Assembly (NCBI GenBank): GCA_965223665.1
Contig: OZ245011.1
Coordinates: 1,824,001 to 1,888,000 of the forward strand
DNA length: 64,000 nucleotides
Source: Nitrospinaceae bacterium
GTDB taxonomy: Bacteria > Nitrospinota > Nitrospinia > Nitrospinales > Nitrospinaceae
Reading direction: 5' to 3'
Part shown: positions 39,172 through 49,560 of the stretch, in pieces
How the letters are laid out: every line of letters begins with the position of its first letter
How positions within the stretch are numbered: position 1 is the first letter of the stretch
The notes under the pieces: model-generated
The model's input: the letters and a program-made list of their open reading frames with translations, nothing else
The model's database searches: none
Told to the model about the DNA's origin: nothing
Translations under genes and position numbers: made by a program

Positions 39172-39357
39172 ATGACCGTTGCGGAAATAACTCGAAATGA
39201 AGAAACGCGCGCCGTGGAAGAATCACAGGCGGATAACCTGAAACAAAAAATTGAAGGTAGCTTTAAATCCGAGAAAGACGAATTTCACCAACCGAAGTGG
39301 CAAAAGCGCTCTCTCATTCAGGACGCGTTTTACCGATACGGCGGGTATTATTCCTGA
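39172..39357 (+). CDS. Small hypothetical protein (61 aa) with aromatic C-terminus
   Basis: Strong AAGGAGGAG RBS before the ATG. Confidence 0.65.
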   Translation: MTVAEITRNEETRAVEESQADNLKQKIEGSFKSEKDEFHQPKWQKRSLIQDAFYRYGGYYS

Positions 39358-39371
39358 ATCGTTAATACGCT

Positions 39372-42300
39372 TCAACTTTCAAGGGAACTCAGGTTTTTTG
39401 CCAGATATTCGTCAATGGTTTTTAAAAAATGGGGAATAGAAAATGGCTTCGTTATATAAGCTTCAAATCCACACGACAAAGCTTTTTTCTTATCCGTTTC
39501 CATTGCATTGGCACTCACAGCAATCACAGGGATATTTTTTGTTTCTTCATAAGATTGAAGATATTTGAATGCTGTAATCCCGTCTATTTCCGGGAGGTTT
39601 ATATCCATAAGAATTAATTCAGGCTGGTGTTTTTTTGCTAATTCAATACCTATATCTGCTTTGCCGGCTGAAACAAAGCGAATTTCATCACGATTAGATA
39701 GTATTTCTTTTACAAGAAGATGATTAGCTGGATTATCTTCAATATAAAGCAGAGTAAACTTTTTATCAGCCGGCAAAATATTTTTTCTCACCTTGGGTTG
39801 CCCCATGGATACTGAATTTTTGTTTACAGGATTTTTTCCCATTGGAAAATTAACCATAAAACAACTTCCCTTGCCAGGCGTACTGTCTACCCCAATGGTT
39901 CCATTCATCATTTCAACTAAAGATTTTGTCAAAGAGAGACCTATCCCCGTTCCTTCAATCCCCGTGGTTTCGAAACCTATCCTATTAAAGGGCTCAAATA
40001 TTTCCTTCTGTTTTTCTTTTGAAATCCCTGGTCCTGTGTCACTAACTTTTATTTGAACCTGATCGCTTTCCATGAGGGAATAGTCAATTGAAATCGTCCC
40101 TCCTTCTTTGTTGTATTTAACTGCGTTGGAAAGTAAATTCAGCAAAACTTGTTTAAATCGAAGCCGGTCCACATTCACGAAAATTTCTTCGTTTGGGTCC
40201 ATCAGGTTAAAAATATCAATATCCCTCTTTTTCGCCATAGGGCGAAGCAGTGTTAAGGATTCCGAAACTATTTCTTTTAGATTTACATTTTCAATAGAGA
40301 AAGTTGTTTTGCCCGATTCTATGGATGCCAAATCAAGAATTTCATTGATGAGCGCCAATAAATGATTTCCCGCATTTATTATTTCTTTACATCTATCCTG
40401 CTGAGCAGGAGATAAGAGCATTTTGGAATCATTTTTTAATAACTGTCCAAATCCTAAAATTGCATTTAAAGGAGTTCGTAATTCATGACTCATGCTGGAT
40501 AAAAATTTAGATTTTGCGTAATTGGCTTTTTCGGCGTCTTCTTTGGTTTTGATTAATTGCTTTTCAATTTCTTTTCGTTCTGTTATATCTCGGACAATAC
40601 CCACAAAATATATTTTTTCCCCAATGACCATTTCATTAATTGCAAGATCCATAGGGAAAGTTTTTCCAGCTTTAGACAACCCTCTGACTTCGCGTCCAAT
40701 TCCAATTATTTTTGACTTTTTATTTGAAAGGTATTGTTTTAAATAGTTATCGTGATCTGAAGCATAGGGCTCCGGCGCTAGATATGAAATATTCTTTCCA
40801 ATAACCTCAGAAGCCTCATACCCGAAAATTCTTTCTGCACTTGAATTGAACGACTGAATGATTCCCTTGTCATTGATTGTGATCAGTCCGTCTGCAATAT
40901 TTTCGATTATCGAATTGAGCCTCACCTGATTTTCTGCTAATTGAACATTTGTGGAATTAAGTTCTTTAGTCCTTTCATTGACCAGTTGTTCAAGGTGATT
41001 TTGATACTCTTCCAATTCCTGCAAGTATTTTTTTTGCTCGGTAATATCCCGAATAATACAAACATAGAGCAAATGTTCCTCAACATGCATGGGCTTTATC
41101 CGCAATTCAACAGGGAACATGTTCTGATCTTTTTTTATTCCCATGCCTTCCAATTCTTTGGAGGGTTGGGACTCAGCCCATTGAATTAATTTTTTAATGA
41201 GAATATTTTCAGAGATTTTTTCCGAAATCGTAAAAAGACGGTTCAAATTCTTCCCAATAATTTCATTCGAACTGTAACCAAACATTTTTTCTGCAGCCGG
41301 ATTAAAGGATTCCACTACACCTTTTGGGTCGAAAATAGCTACTCCTTCTGTTAAATTATCTATGGTTGCAGAAATCAGTGCTTCATCTCTTAATAATTTT
41401 TCTTCCAGGGCTTCCAAATTGTGTTCTGAAATATCCAGACCAATTCTTTCTTCCTTATAATTCACCCGAAGAGGAAAAACTTTATTTATTCCCCATAAAA
41501 ATACATAGGCAGTACCAAAAGACCAAACGAAACAAATACCCACACCTTCCATTTGTACCCAAAGCTGTTCTAAAACACTGTTCCGGGACCCCCAGGAGGA
41601 GGGATCTCCAAATAATGCAACGGCTAAAGTTCCCCAAACCCCGTTAACACAATGAATGGGAATAGCGTTGACCACGTCATCGATTTTTTGTTTCTCTAAA
41701 AATTGGGTGGCAAAAAAACTTAAAAGACCCGCCACCAGCCCAATAATGATTGAGGATTGATCATCTACAATGTTACAGCAAGCAGTTATAGCCACTAAGC
41801 CCGACAAACTTCCGTTGATTAGAGTTTCCGGGCTGGGGCGTTTCAGTATTATCCAGGATATAAGGAGAGAAGATAAACTTCCGGAAATGCCGGCTAAAAG
41901 AGTATTGAGAATAATGTTGGGTACTTCTTGATTAAAATGTAAGGTACTTCCCCCGTTAAAACCAAACCATCCAATCCATAATAACAATCCGCCCAACACG
42001 GCCAGGGGAATATTATTCGGCTGAAAAAATTTCTTTTCACGATTATACCTTCCAGTTCGAGGCCCTAAAATAATTAATGCGGCCAGGGCGACCCATCCCC
42101 CAACACTGTGAACTACAGTCGACCCGGCAAAATCTATAAAACCTCTTTCCGCTAGCCAACCCACCGGCTGCCCGGATTCCAATCCCGCCCACGCCCAATG
42201 CCCAAATAGGGGATAAATAATTCCTGAAACTATCATCCCGATAATTAGATAGCCCAAAAACCGGACGCGTTCGGCGATTGCTCCTGAAATAATAGTGACC

Positions 42301-42626
42301 GCCGTCCCGCAAAACATCAACTCAAACAGAAAAAATGTTTTTTGCCAGGGATCATATATTTCGTTTAGGAAAAATCCAGTGGTGCCTAATAAACCGTTAT
42401 GGGAAACACCAAACAGGAGAGCAAAACCCCATATCCAAAAAATACTGGAAGAAATGGTAAGATCGGCAAAATTCTTTAGAGCAACATTGATTGCGTTTTT
42501 TCTTCTAACCAATCCCGCTTCAAGACAAGTAAAGCCCGCTTGCATAATTATTAGAAAACCAGTGCAAACAATAAGCCAAATTAAATCCTGATTGGAATAG
42601 ATTAAATTATTCAAAACTATGTCCAA
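39372..42626 (-). CDS. Ammonium transporter (Amt)-PAS-PAS-histidine kinase-receiver fusion
   Basis: MQAGF, SGAIAER, DFAGSTVVH, GWFGFN and DD..AIPIH Amt motifs; two PAS; MSHELRTP; YIEDN..MDINLP receiver. Confidence 0.95.
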   Translation of the reverse strand: MDIVLNNLIYSNQDLIWLIVCTGFLIIMQAGFTCLEAGLVRRKNAINVALKNFADLTISSSIFWIWGFALLFGVSHNGLLGTTGFFLNEIYDPWQKTFFLFELMFCGTAVTIISGAIAERVRFLGYLIIGMIVSGIIYPLFGHWAWAGLESGQPVGWLAERGFIDFAGSTVVHSVGGWVALAALIILGPRTGRYNREKKFFQPNNIPLAVLGGLLLWIGWFGFNGGSTLHFNQEVPNIILNTLLAGISGSLSSLLISWIILKRPSPETLINGSLSGLVAITACCNIVDDQSSIIIGLVAGLLSFFATQFLEKQKIDDVVNAIPIHCVNGVWGTLAVALFGDPSSWGSRNSVLEQLWVQMEGVGICFVWSFGTAYVFLWGINKVFPLRVNYKEERIGLDISEHNLEALEEKLLRDEALISATIDNLTEGVAIFDPKGVVESFNPAAEKMFGYSSNEIIGKNLNRLFTISEKISENILIKKLIQWAESQPSKELEGMGIKKDQNMFPVELRIKPMHVEEHLLYVCIIRDITEQKKYLQELEEYQNHLEQLVNERTKELNSTNVQLAENQVRLNSIIENIADGLITINDKGIIQSFNSSAERIFGYEASEVIGKNISYLAPEPYASDHDNYLKQYLSNKKSKIIGIGREVRGLSKAGKTFPMDLAINEMVIGEKIYFVGIVRDITERKEIEKQLIKTKEDAEKANYAKSKFLSSMSHELRTPLNAILGFGQLLKNDSKMLLSPAQQDRCKEIINAGNHLLALINEILDLASIESGKTTFSIENVNLKEIVSESLTLLRPMAKKRDIDIFNLMDPNEEIFVNVDRLRFKQVLLNLLSNAVKYNKEGGTISIDYSLMESDQVQIKVSDTGPGISKEKQKEIFEPFNRIGFETTGIEGTGIGLSLTKSLVEMMNGTIGVDSTPGKGSCFMVNFPMGKNPVNKNSVSMGQPKVRKNILPADKKFTLLYIEDNPANHLLVKEILSNRDEIRFVSAGKADIGIELAKKHQPELILMDINLPEIDGITAFKYLQSYEETKNIPVIAVSANAMETDKKKALSCGFEAYITKPFSIPHFLKTIDEYLAKNLSSLES

Positions 42627-43004
42627 ATATTTTCGAAGTCAAACTTTTTAAACAGAAAAATATTCCATGGCCCCTACCCAGAGATGAGCTAAACCATTAA
42701 ATTATTTAAATTTACCTGAATTTTCATTGTAATTTATTATTAGACAAAGATGAATATTTTTATCAAACTTTGTCAAAATAATGGACCAGACGTTCCAAAA
42801 TATTGGAACACCGTAAAAGTTCCTGAAGCGGAAAATTGTTTGCGTTGGGTCAATTAAGGGGTAGCAGCCTATTATATATTTACATTCGGTTTCACTATAT
42901 TATAAAATAGATAGAACCCCGAAATGCCTTAGGGAAAGGCTGAATATTTCCACACCATCGTGTGTTTTGACTAAAGCATTACGAGAAAATTATAGGGAGA
43001 GGCT

Positions 43005-44147
43005 ATGAAGATTGAGCAAAGAGTTTGGACTGAAGAAAAAGGATGGAATTCTCCATCTTCCTCTTTATTTACCGAAAAAAGCCAACTGGTTATTTTATTT
43101 TGTGGCAGCAATATCGTAAAAAATGACAAGGTCTTAAACGAAGTTAAGGAAAGTTACCCAAACTCAACCATCGTGGGTTGTACTTCTGCAGGAGAAATTT
43201 TAGAAACTCAGGTTTATGATGACTCTCTGGTAGTCACTGCCGTGGTTTTTGAAAACACTCCCATTAGTTCCCATTTAGAAAAAATTGAGAGTCCCGAAAA
43301 TAGTTATCAAACCGGAAAAGATTTAATTCAAAAAATTCCTTCGGAAAACTTAAAACACGTCATAATTTTTTCAGAGGGAATCCATTTGAATGGGAGCGAA
43401 CTGGTCCGGGGAATCCGAGAGAATATCCCTGCCAACGTGGGTTTGTCCGGAGGACTTGCGGGGGACGGGATTTCTTTTAAAGAAACCTTTGTATTTTACA
43501 ATGGCGAGCCTATAAAAAACGGAGTGGTGGCAGTCGCTTTTTATGGAGACCGGATCCAGATTGGACATGGTTCCATGGGAGGATTCAGCCCCTTTGGACC
43601 CGAGCGATTGGTCACCAAATCCAAAGGAAATATTTTGTATGAACTGGATGACCAACCGGCCGTTGAATTGTATAAAAAATATCTGGGAGAAGAAAAATCC
43701 AAAGACCTGGCAACCAATCAATTCTTCTTTCCTTTAAGTTACCGAAACAAAGATATGGAAGAAAGTGTGGTTCGAACGATTTTAACCATTGACGAAGAAA
43801 ACAACTGCATGGTGTTTGCCGGGGATTTAAAAGAGGGTGGATATGCCAGGTTAATGAAGACCAATCCTTTTAAATTGGTGGAAGGATCAGATAAAGCGGC
43901 GCAATTCTGTGTGGACAGTTTAGATTCCGATACTCCAGACTTAGCCATCTTGATCAGTTGCGTGGGAAGAAAGATTATTTTAAAACAGAGAGTCGAAGAA
44001 GAAGTGGAAGCCGTTCGGTTCCATTTTAAAAATGGAATTTCTATGACGGGTTTTTATTCTTATGGCGAGATCGCCCAGTTTAATTTTATTAAGTCCTGTC
44101 AACTGCACAATCAAACTATGACAATTACCGTGTTCAAGGAAAATTAA
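43005..44147 (+). CDS. FIST N/C-domain sensor (NosP-like)
   Basis: GCTSAGEI, GGLAGD, SCVGRK and GFYSYGEI motifs. Confidence 0.9.
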   Translation: MKIEQRVWTEEKGWNSPSSSLFTEKSQLVILFCGSNIVKNDKVLNEVKESYPNSTIVGCTSAGEILETQVYDDSLVVTAVVFENTPISSHLEKIESPENSYQTGKDLIQKIPSENLKHVIIFSEGIHLNGSELVRGIRENIPANVGLSGGLAGDGISFKETFVFYNGEPIKNGVVAVAFYGDRIQIGHGSMGGFSPFGPERLVTKSKGNILYELDDQPAVELYKKYLGEEKSKDLATNQFFFPLSYRNKDMEESVVRTILTIDEENNCMVFAGDLKEGGYARLMKTNPFKLVEGSDKAAQFCVDSLDSDTPDLAILISCVGRKIILKQRVEEEVEAVRFHFKNGISMTGFYSYGEIAQFNFIKSCQLHNQTMTITVFKEN

Positions 44148-44149
44148 AA

Positions 44150-45526
44150 TTGCATCGATTACTCGCTAAACAGGTCGACCGCTATTTAATGGATGGGAAT
44201 TTGTCCAAAGAAAACCTGGATAAATTTTTAGAAGCAGTGAGCGAAGCTTACGAGCAATCCGATGAAGACTACAAAACTCTGGAAGCGGCAATGGATCTTG
44301 CCTCCGAGGAGTTAACCGAAAGATACAATGCCCTTCACAAAGAAATTGATGCTAAGGAAAAAGCCGTACAGGCAGACCGCGCAAAAACTGATTTTCTCTC
44401 CAGAATGAGTCATGAATTACGAACTCCCATGAATGCCATTCTTGGATTTGGCCAACTGTTGGCAAGGGACTCGAAGGATCCACTGACTCCGCAGCAAAAT
44501 AAAAATATTCGAGAAATTTTAAAAGCCGGTAAGCACCTTCTTGAACTGATCAATGACGTTCTGGATTTATCCACCATTGAATCAGGAAAACTTTCCCTCT
44601 CTATTGAAAACGTAAACCTGTTCGAAGTGGTGAAAGAGTCTTTAGAACTGGTGATGCCTTCCGCTGAACAAAGAAATATCAGAATCATTAATGAAATCCA
44701 CTCCAATAACAATTCTTATGTAAAGGTCGACCGCACTCGATTTAAACAGGTCCTGCTGAATTTATTGACGAATGCGATTAAATATAATAAAGAAAATGGT
44801 CAGGTCATTATAAAGGTAGCTGATTCTGAACCTGAGCAATTTCTTGTCACCATTGAAGATACGGGAATAGGTATCCCTGAAAATCAGCATGAATATATTT
44901 TTGAGCCTTTCAATCGAATGGGGGCGGAAGAATCTTCTGTTGAGGGCATTGGCATTGGCCTGAGTATTTCCCACCGACTCTTACACCTTATGAAGGGGAA
45001 AATTGACTTTGAAAGTGAAGTCGGGAAGGGAACCACATTTTCTCTTCAATTAATCAAAGGAGAAGCTCCGGAATTACCTTGTCCGGAAACTACCGAACAA
45101 ACTTCTGAGAAAGATTGTGTATCCTCAGAAAACAATAAACTGGTCCTTTATATAGAAGACAACCCTGCCAATCTAAAACTGGTCGAAGAAATTTTTAAAG
45201 TACTGGATGGAGTTTCGCTTCTTACCGCTCCGCAGGCAGCCATGGGGATTGAGCTTGCCAAGAGCCATTTACCGGATTTAATTTTAATGGACATCAATCT
45301 TCCGGAAATGGATGGGCACACCGCCTTAAAGTTATTAAAATCTTATGAAGAAACGAAAGATATTCCCACCATCGCCATCAGCGCCAATGCCATGAAGGGA
45401 GATGTTGAAAAGGGACTGAAATCAGGATTCCTCAGTTACATCACCAAACCCATTCAAGTGGACACCTTCATCAGTACGCTTAAAAAATATTTGGACGAGT
45501 CGATCTACTCCAACCCCATCTCCTGA
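44150..45526 (+). CDS. Soluble hybrid histidine kinase-receiver without its own sensor domain
   Basis: MSHELRTP, NLLTNAIKY and GIGIGL boxes plus receiver; 2 bp after the FIST gene. Confidence 0.95.
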   Translation: MHRLLAKQVDRYLMDGNLSKENLDKFLEAVSEAYEQSDEDYKTLEAAMDLASEELTERYNALHKEIDAKEKAVQADRAKTDFLSRMSHELRTPMNAILGFGQLLARDSKDPLTPQQNKNIREILKAGKHLLELINDVLDLSTIESGKLSLSIENVNLFEVVKESLELVMPSAEQRNIRIINEIHSNNNSYVKVDRTRFKQVLLNLLTNAIKYNKENGQVIIKVADSEPEQFLVTIEDTGIGIPENQHEYIFEPFNRMGAEESSVEGIGIGLSISHRLLHLMKGKIDFESEVGKGTTFSLQLIKGEAPELPCPETTEQTSEKDCVSSENNKLVLYIEDNPANLKLVEEIFKVLDGVSLLTAPQAAMGIELAKSHLPDLILMDINLPEMDGHTALKLLKSYEETKDIPTIAISANAMKGDVEKGLKSGFLSYITKPIQVDTFISTLKKYLDESIYSNPIS

Positions 45527-45842
45527 ATTGGGTTACATCCATTTGTTTTTCTTAAGAAACCTAAACTGAACCACAATTACAATGATCAGCAAACTACATG
45601 AAATGCAAACCTGTATTCTGCACCCGGAATTCCATCCACGTTGATTCCCAAAAGCCCTGTAAAAAATCAAAGGGGAAGGAATAGGACGGTTATGATGGAC
45701 AGCACATATGTTTTCCTATTAAGTTGTTTTGAAAATCGGTTCATCAAATCCTGCTGAGAGACCGGGGCCCGATTGCGATCCGAATCTATTTTTCAATATA
45801 TGAAACGATTCGATCACATTCCCGCTTTAAGATGGTTATTTT

Positions 45843-46496
45843 CTATTTGATTAAATTATTTTGAAATGCGTAACGCGTGATTTCTGAATTGCTGCTCAAA
45901 TTTAATTTCTTCAAAATATTAGTGCGGTGTGAGTTGGCGGTATTGATACTGATGGAAAGTTCACGAGCAATTTCTTTAATTTTTTTACCTGATGCAATCA
46001 TAAAAAAGATTTGATGTTCACGATTAGACAAAGTTTCATGGAGTAAACCATCTGAACTTTTTCCTAGATTCATTGCCAACTTTTCGCTAAGCGCTTGAGT
46101 AATGTATTTTTTCCCATCCGCCACCTTTCGAATGGCTTCTAATAACTGCTCTGGAGGGCAGGTTTTTGACAGATAAGCTGAAGCTCCTGAATTTATTAAT
46201 CGCAGTCCATATTGTTCCTCCTCAAAAATACTAAGTATAATAACGGGAAGTTCCGGATACTGAGTTTTTAGCTGAACCAAAACCTCGATCCCCGTTTTTC
46301 CCGGCATTTCAATATCCATTAACACTACATCGATTTCCAAGGTACGCAATTTATCTAAAACCTCAGAACCGTCTTCTGCTTCACCTGCGATTATAATACT
46401 CGAATCCTGAGAAAGAATATGGCGCAAACCATGCCGTACGACTGCATGATCATCTACAATTAACACCTTAATGAATTTTTCGAAATATGGGCTCAT
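45843..46496 (-). CDS. NarL/LuxR-family response regulator
   Basis: IVDDH and MDIEMP receiver; LSNRE...IKEIARELSIS HTH. Confidence 0.95.
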   Translation of the reverse strand: MSPYFEKFIKVLIVDDHAVVRHGLRHILSQDSSIIIAGEAEDGSEVLDKLRTLEIDVVLMDIEMPGKTGIEVLVQLKTQYPELPVIILSIFEEEQYGLRLINSGASAYLSKTCPPEQLLEAIRKVADGKKYITQALSEKLAMNLGKSSDGLLHETLSNREHQIFFMIASGKKIKEIARELSISINTANSHRTNILKKLNLSSNSEITRYAFQNNLIK

Positions 46497-47865
46497 AATT
46501 TTTTAAGGGTATGGAAACATGAAGAGTGGTCCCCTCTTGCGATTTTCCGTTTATATTAAATTTTCCTTTCCAATAATTAACGCGTTCTTCAATACCGAGT
46601 AATCCCAGAGATTCATAATTAGGGTACTGATATTTTTCAATTCCCACTCCGTTATCCATAATTTTTAAATTTAAATTTTCGCTATCAATTTGCAAAAGCA
46701 CTTCAATCTTGTTGGCCTTTGCATGTCGAGCTACATTGGTGAGAGCTTCCTGAAAAATTCTAAAAATTGAAGTCTTCAGGTTTTTATCCAATTTAACTTC
46801 CTTATTGGGTATATTGACATTGCATTGGATTCCCGTTCTTTGTTGATAGTCTTTCGCCTGCCATTCAATAGCTTCTGCCAACCCCAATACATCCAAAATC
46901 TGCGGCCTAAGTTCCGTTGCAATTCTACGGACTGAATTTATTGTGGTTTCGGTAAGTTCCTTCATCGACAATATTTTTTCATGCAAACAACCTGGGTCCT
47001 CTTTCAGATCATTCTCCAGGCAGGATAATTCCATTTTTAATCCAGTTAACATTTGCCCCAATTCATCATGAACTTCCCGGGCAATTCTGGTCTTTTCATC
47101 TTCTCGAATTGATTGCAGTTGATTGCTTAATTTCCGCAAACTTTCTCTTGAGTTCCTTAAATCTTGATCCGTACGCAGTCTTTCTTGAATTTCATTTTCT
47201 AAAATTTCATTTGTTTTCTTTAAATTTTGAAAATCTTTGGCCCGCAATTTTTCCAATTTATACAAAGTGATAACTACAAACAAGGCTAAAATAATTCCTG
47301 TAGTTATGAGAGCAAACTGAGTGAAACGAAATCGGTTTAAATCCTCTGCCATCACCTTTTGTAAATTTCTTTTGACTTCTTTTGCTTCCTTAAGAAAAAC
47401 AGCAAAAATGCGGTTGTATTTTTTATCGATTTCGGTCCCAGGTCCTGATGTTTCCCTTTGTGATAACCGAATTTTAGATATTTTTTTAAACTCAGATAAC
47501 CGTCTTATCAAATCTTTAACAATTGTCCGCATTTCTTTACTTTTGAGTGGCAAAATTATGGTTTCTTTATTTTCACCTCCCTGAAGTATTGCATTGGCAT
47601 ACCATTCGGCTTGAGCATAATGTTCCCAGACCAAATTTTCCTCAAATTCATCTCCGTTTAAAATTTCTTCAACCAAAAGATGGGCCATGGTCACATTTAA
47701 TTCCACCTCAACACTGGAATAAATTAGGGGAGCGTATAAGGTATTCATCCGAACCGCTTTGTTGTAACTATACACCATGGTTCCAACAATGATTAAGCCG
47801 ACAACGCCCATCAGAAAATAAGTACCCCAGGATATGGACAGATTTTTGATTTTGTGTTTAATCAT
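46468..47865 (-). CDS. HisKA_3 (NarX/UhpB-type) membrane sensor kinase
   Basis: Two TM segments; IAREVHDELGQ, QEALTNVARHA, DNGVG and GLLGIEER. Confidence 0.95.
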   Translation of the reverse strand: MIKHKIKNLSISWGTYFLMGVVGLIIVGTMVYSYNKAVRMNTLYAPLIYSSVEVELNVTMAHLLVEEILNGDEFEENLVWEHYAQAEWYANAILQGGENKETIILPLKSKEMRTIVKDLIRRLSEFKKISKIRLSQRETSGPGTEIDKKYNRIFAVFLKEAKEVKRNLQKVMAEDLNRFRFTQFALITTGIILALFVVITLYKLEKLRAKDFQNLKKTNEILENEIQERLRTDQDLRNSRESLRKLSNQLQSIREDEKTRIAREVHDELGQMLTGLKMELSCLENDLKEDPGCLHEKILSMKELTETTINSVRRIATELRPQILDVLGLAEAIEWQAKDYQQRTGIQCNVNIPNKEVKLDKNLKTSIFRIFQEALTNVARHAKANKIEVLLQIDSENLNLKIMDNGVGIEKYQYPNYESLGLLGIEERVNYWKGKFNINGKSQEGTTLHVSIPLKNYEPIFRKIH

Positions 47866-48285
47866 GGTGAAGTCTGTAGAAGGTAAAGTTAAGAAGTTTT
47901 CCCTTCAAGAAATCCAAGTTTATTGCGTGAATTAAAATAATTCTGATTTTTTTATGGGTTAGTTTAAAAAAATTTTGGACTTAGGACAATCCCTGACTCT
48001 TTTAAAAATTGTGTGATTTCTCTCTATAAAAGAGGAAAAAGATTTTAAGCCCTTAAGAAAGAATTACATAAAATTTTAAGGGCTTTTCTCTAGCAAAATC
48101 TATTAGATAGAAATCACAAAAATTGTTAGGTTGAAATCACTAATTTTGGGATTCCAGCAAAAATCTTTGAAATATATGGTGATACAAATACTTCAATTTT
48201 TGGTATGACAAGTTTGGGGTTGCAGGGAACTTCATACAAGCAATATTTAGGTAACCTAACGGTAGGTTTAAAGGAGATTGTAAGA

Positions 48286-49500
48286 ATGCCTGGATTTAAG
48301 GATTGGTCTTTGCCGAAAAAAATGGGATGGGCTTTTGGAATAAATGTTCTCATTCTCATTGCAGTTGTTTCAGTTGTCATTTTCCATACCAAAAGCTTGG
48401 AAAATGTCACAAAAAAAATCCATCAAATCCGTGTTCCCACCTCACATACTAGTATGGAGATGTTGAATGGTATCAATCATTCTTTGGCTGCTTTGAGAGG
48501 TTGGGTAATTTTGGGAGAAGAAAAATTTAAAAGTGAAAGAATTGTAGCGTGGAACGACCAAATCGAACCTTCATTAAATCGCATGACTACCCTATCCAAA
48601 CTGTGGACCAACCCTGAGAATAGAGAGCGGTTGAATAATATACAAAAGGACACCCATAATTTTAAGATTATTCAGGAAAAAATTGAGTCTATTGCACACA
48701 CGGCTCAAAATAATCCTGCAAAAAAAATGTTTTTTGAGGAGGTTGCTCCTTTAGAAACCCTCATAATGTTGGATTTAAAAAAAATGATTACTCAAGAAAT
48801 CCAAAACTCTATCCCTTCGTCCTTCGAAAAACTTCAAAAGTTAACAGAATTGGAAGTCACTTTTCCTTTGGTAATGACGAATGTGGACCAGTTTTTACTT
48901 TCTGGTAAAAAAGAGTTCAGGTCTTTGTTTTTTAAAAATTTGCAGAAATGTAATAAATTACTTTTGCAAGTGAAAAAAATTCAAACTACCTTTAGCAAAC
49001 CACAACAAGCCGCCCTTAATCAGTTTGAGCAGTCCTTTAAAAAATTTGATGCCAGTGTCAATAAGGTTATTTCTATTCGAGCAGGTGAAAAATGGAACCT
49101 TGCTCAATATGGGTTAGAAATTGAAGCCATTCCTACCGCTTTAAAAATTAAAGAGAACTTGAAAAGAATGGTGGAAAACCAGGACTTGCTTTTGAATGGG
49201 GATGTTGAAGACCTTTCAAAGAATATCCATTTCCTGGTGGTTGTCTTGGTATTGTTATTATTCTTATCCACTTTGTTAAGTGGATTAGTGGGCTCAAAAA
49301 TTACCAGGGATATTAAAGATCGTATTCGGACCTTAAGCACCCGCGCGACTAACCTTGCAATGGGCAAATATAGAAATAAGCCTTTGTCGGACGATTCTAA
49401 TGATGAGTTTGGGCAACTGTCCAACCATTTAAATACAATTATGAATAAATTAATTTCCACAAAAAAAAATGGAAATTTGGACAAAAACGGTTTGACGTAG
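48286..49500 (+). CDS. Membrane protein with chemoreceptor-like periplasmic domain and HAMP but no output domain
   Basis: AAGGAG RBS; TM-helical domain-TM-HAMP (DEFGQL), then stop. Confidence 0.75.
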   Translation: MPGFKDWSLPKKMGWAFGINVLILIAVVSVVIFHTKSLENVTKKIHQIRVPTSHTSMEMLNGINHSLAALRGWVILGEEKFKSERIVAWNDQIEPSLNRMTTLSKLWTNPENRERLNNIQKDTHNFKIIQEKIESIAHTAQNNPAKKMFFEEVAPLETLIMLDLKKMITQEIQNSIPSSFEKLQKLTELEVTFPLVMTNVDQFLLSGKKEFRSLFFKNLQKCNKLLLQVKKIQTTFSKPQQAALNQFEQSFKKFDASVNKVISIRAGEKWNLAQYGLEIEAIPTALKIKENLKRMVENQDLLLNGDVEDLSKNIHFLVVVLVLLLFLSTLLSGLVGSKITRDIKDRIRTLSTRATNLAMGKYRNKPLSDDSNDEFGQLSNHLNTIMNKLISTKKNGNLDKNGLT

Positions 49501-49560
49501 TTTGATTCAATATGGTTTTAAAATCTAATCCGTAATTTATCAATTTTTTAGAAAGACCTT

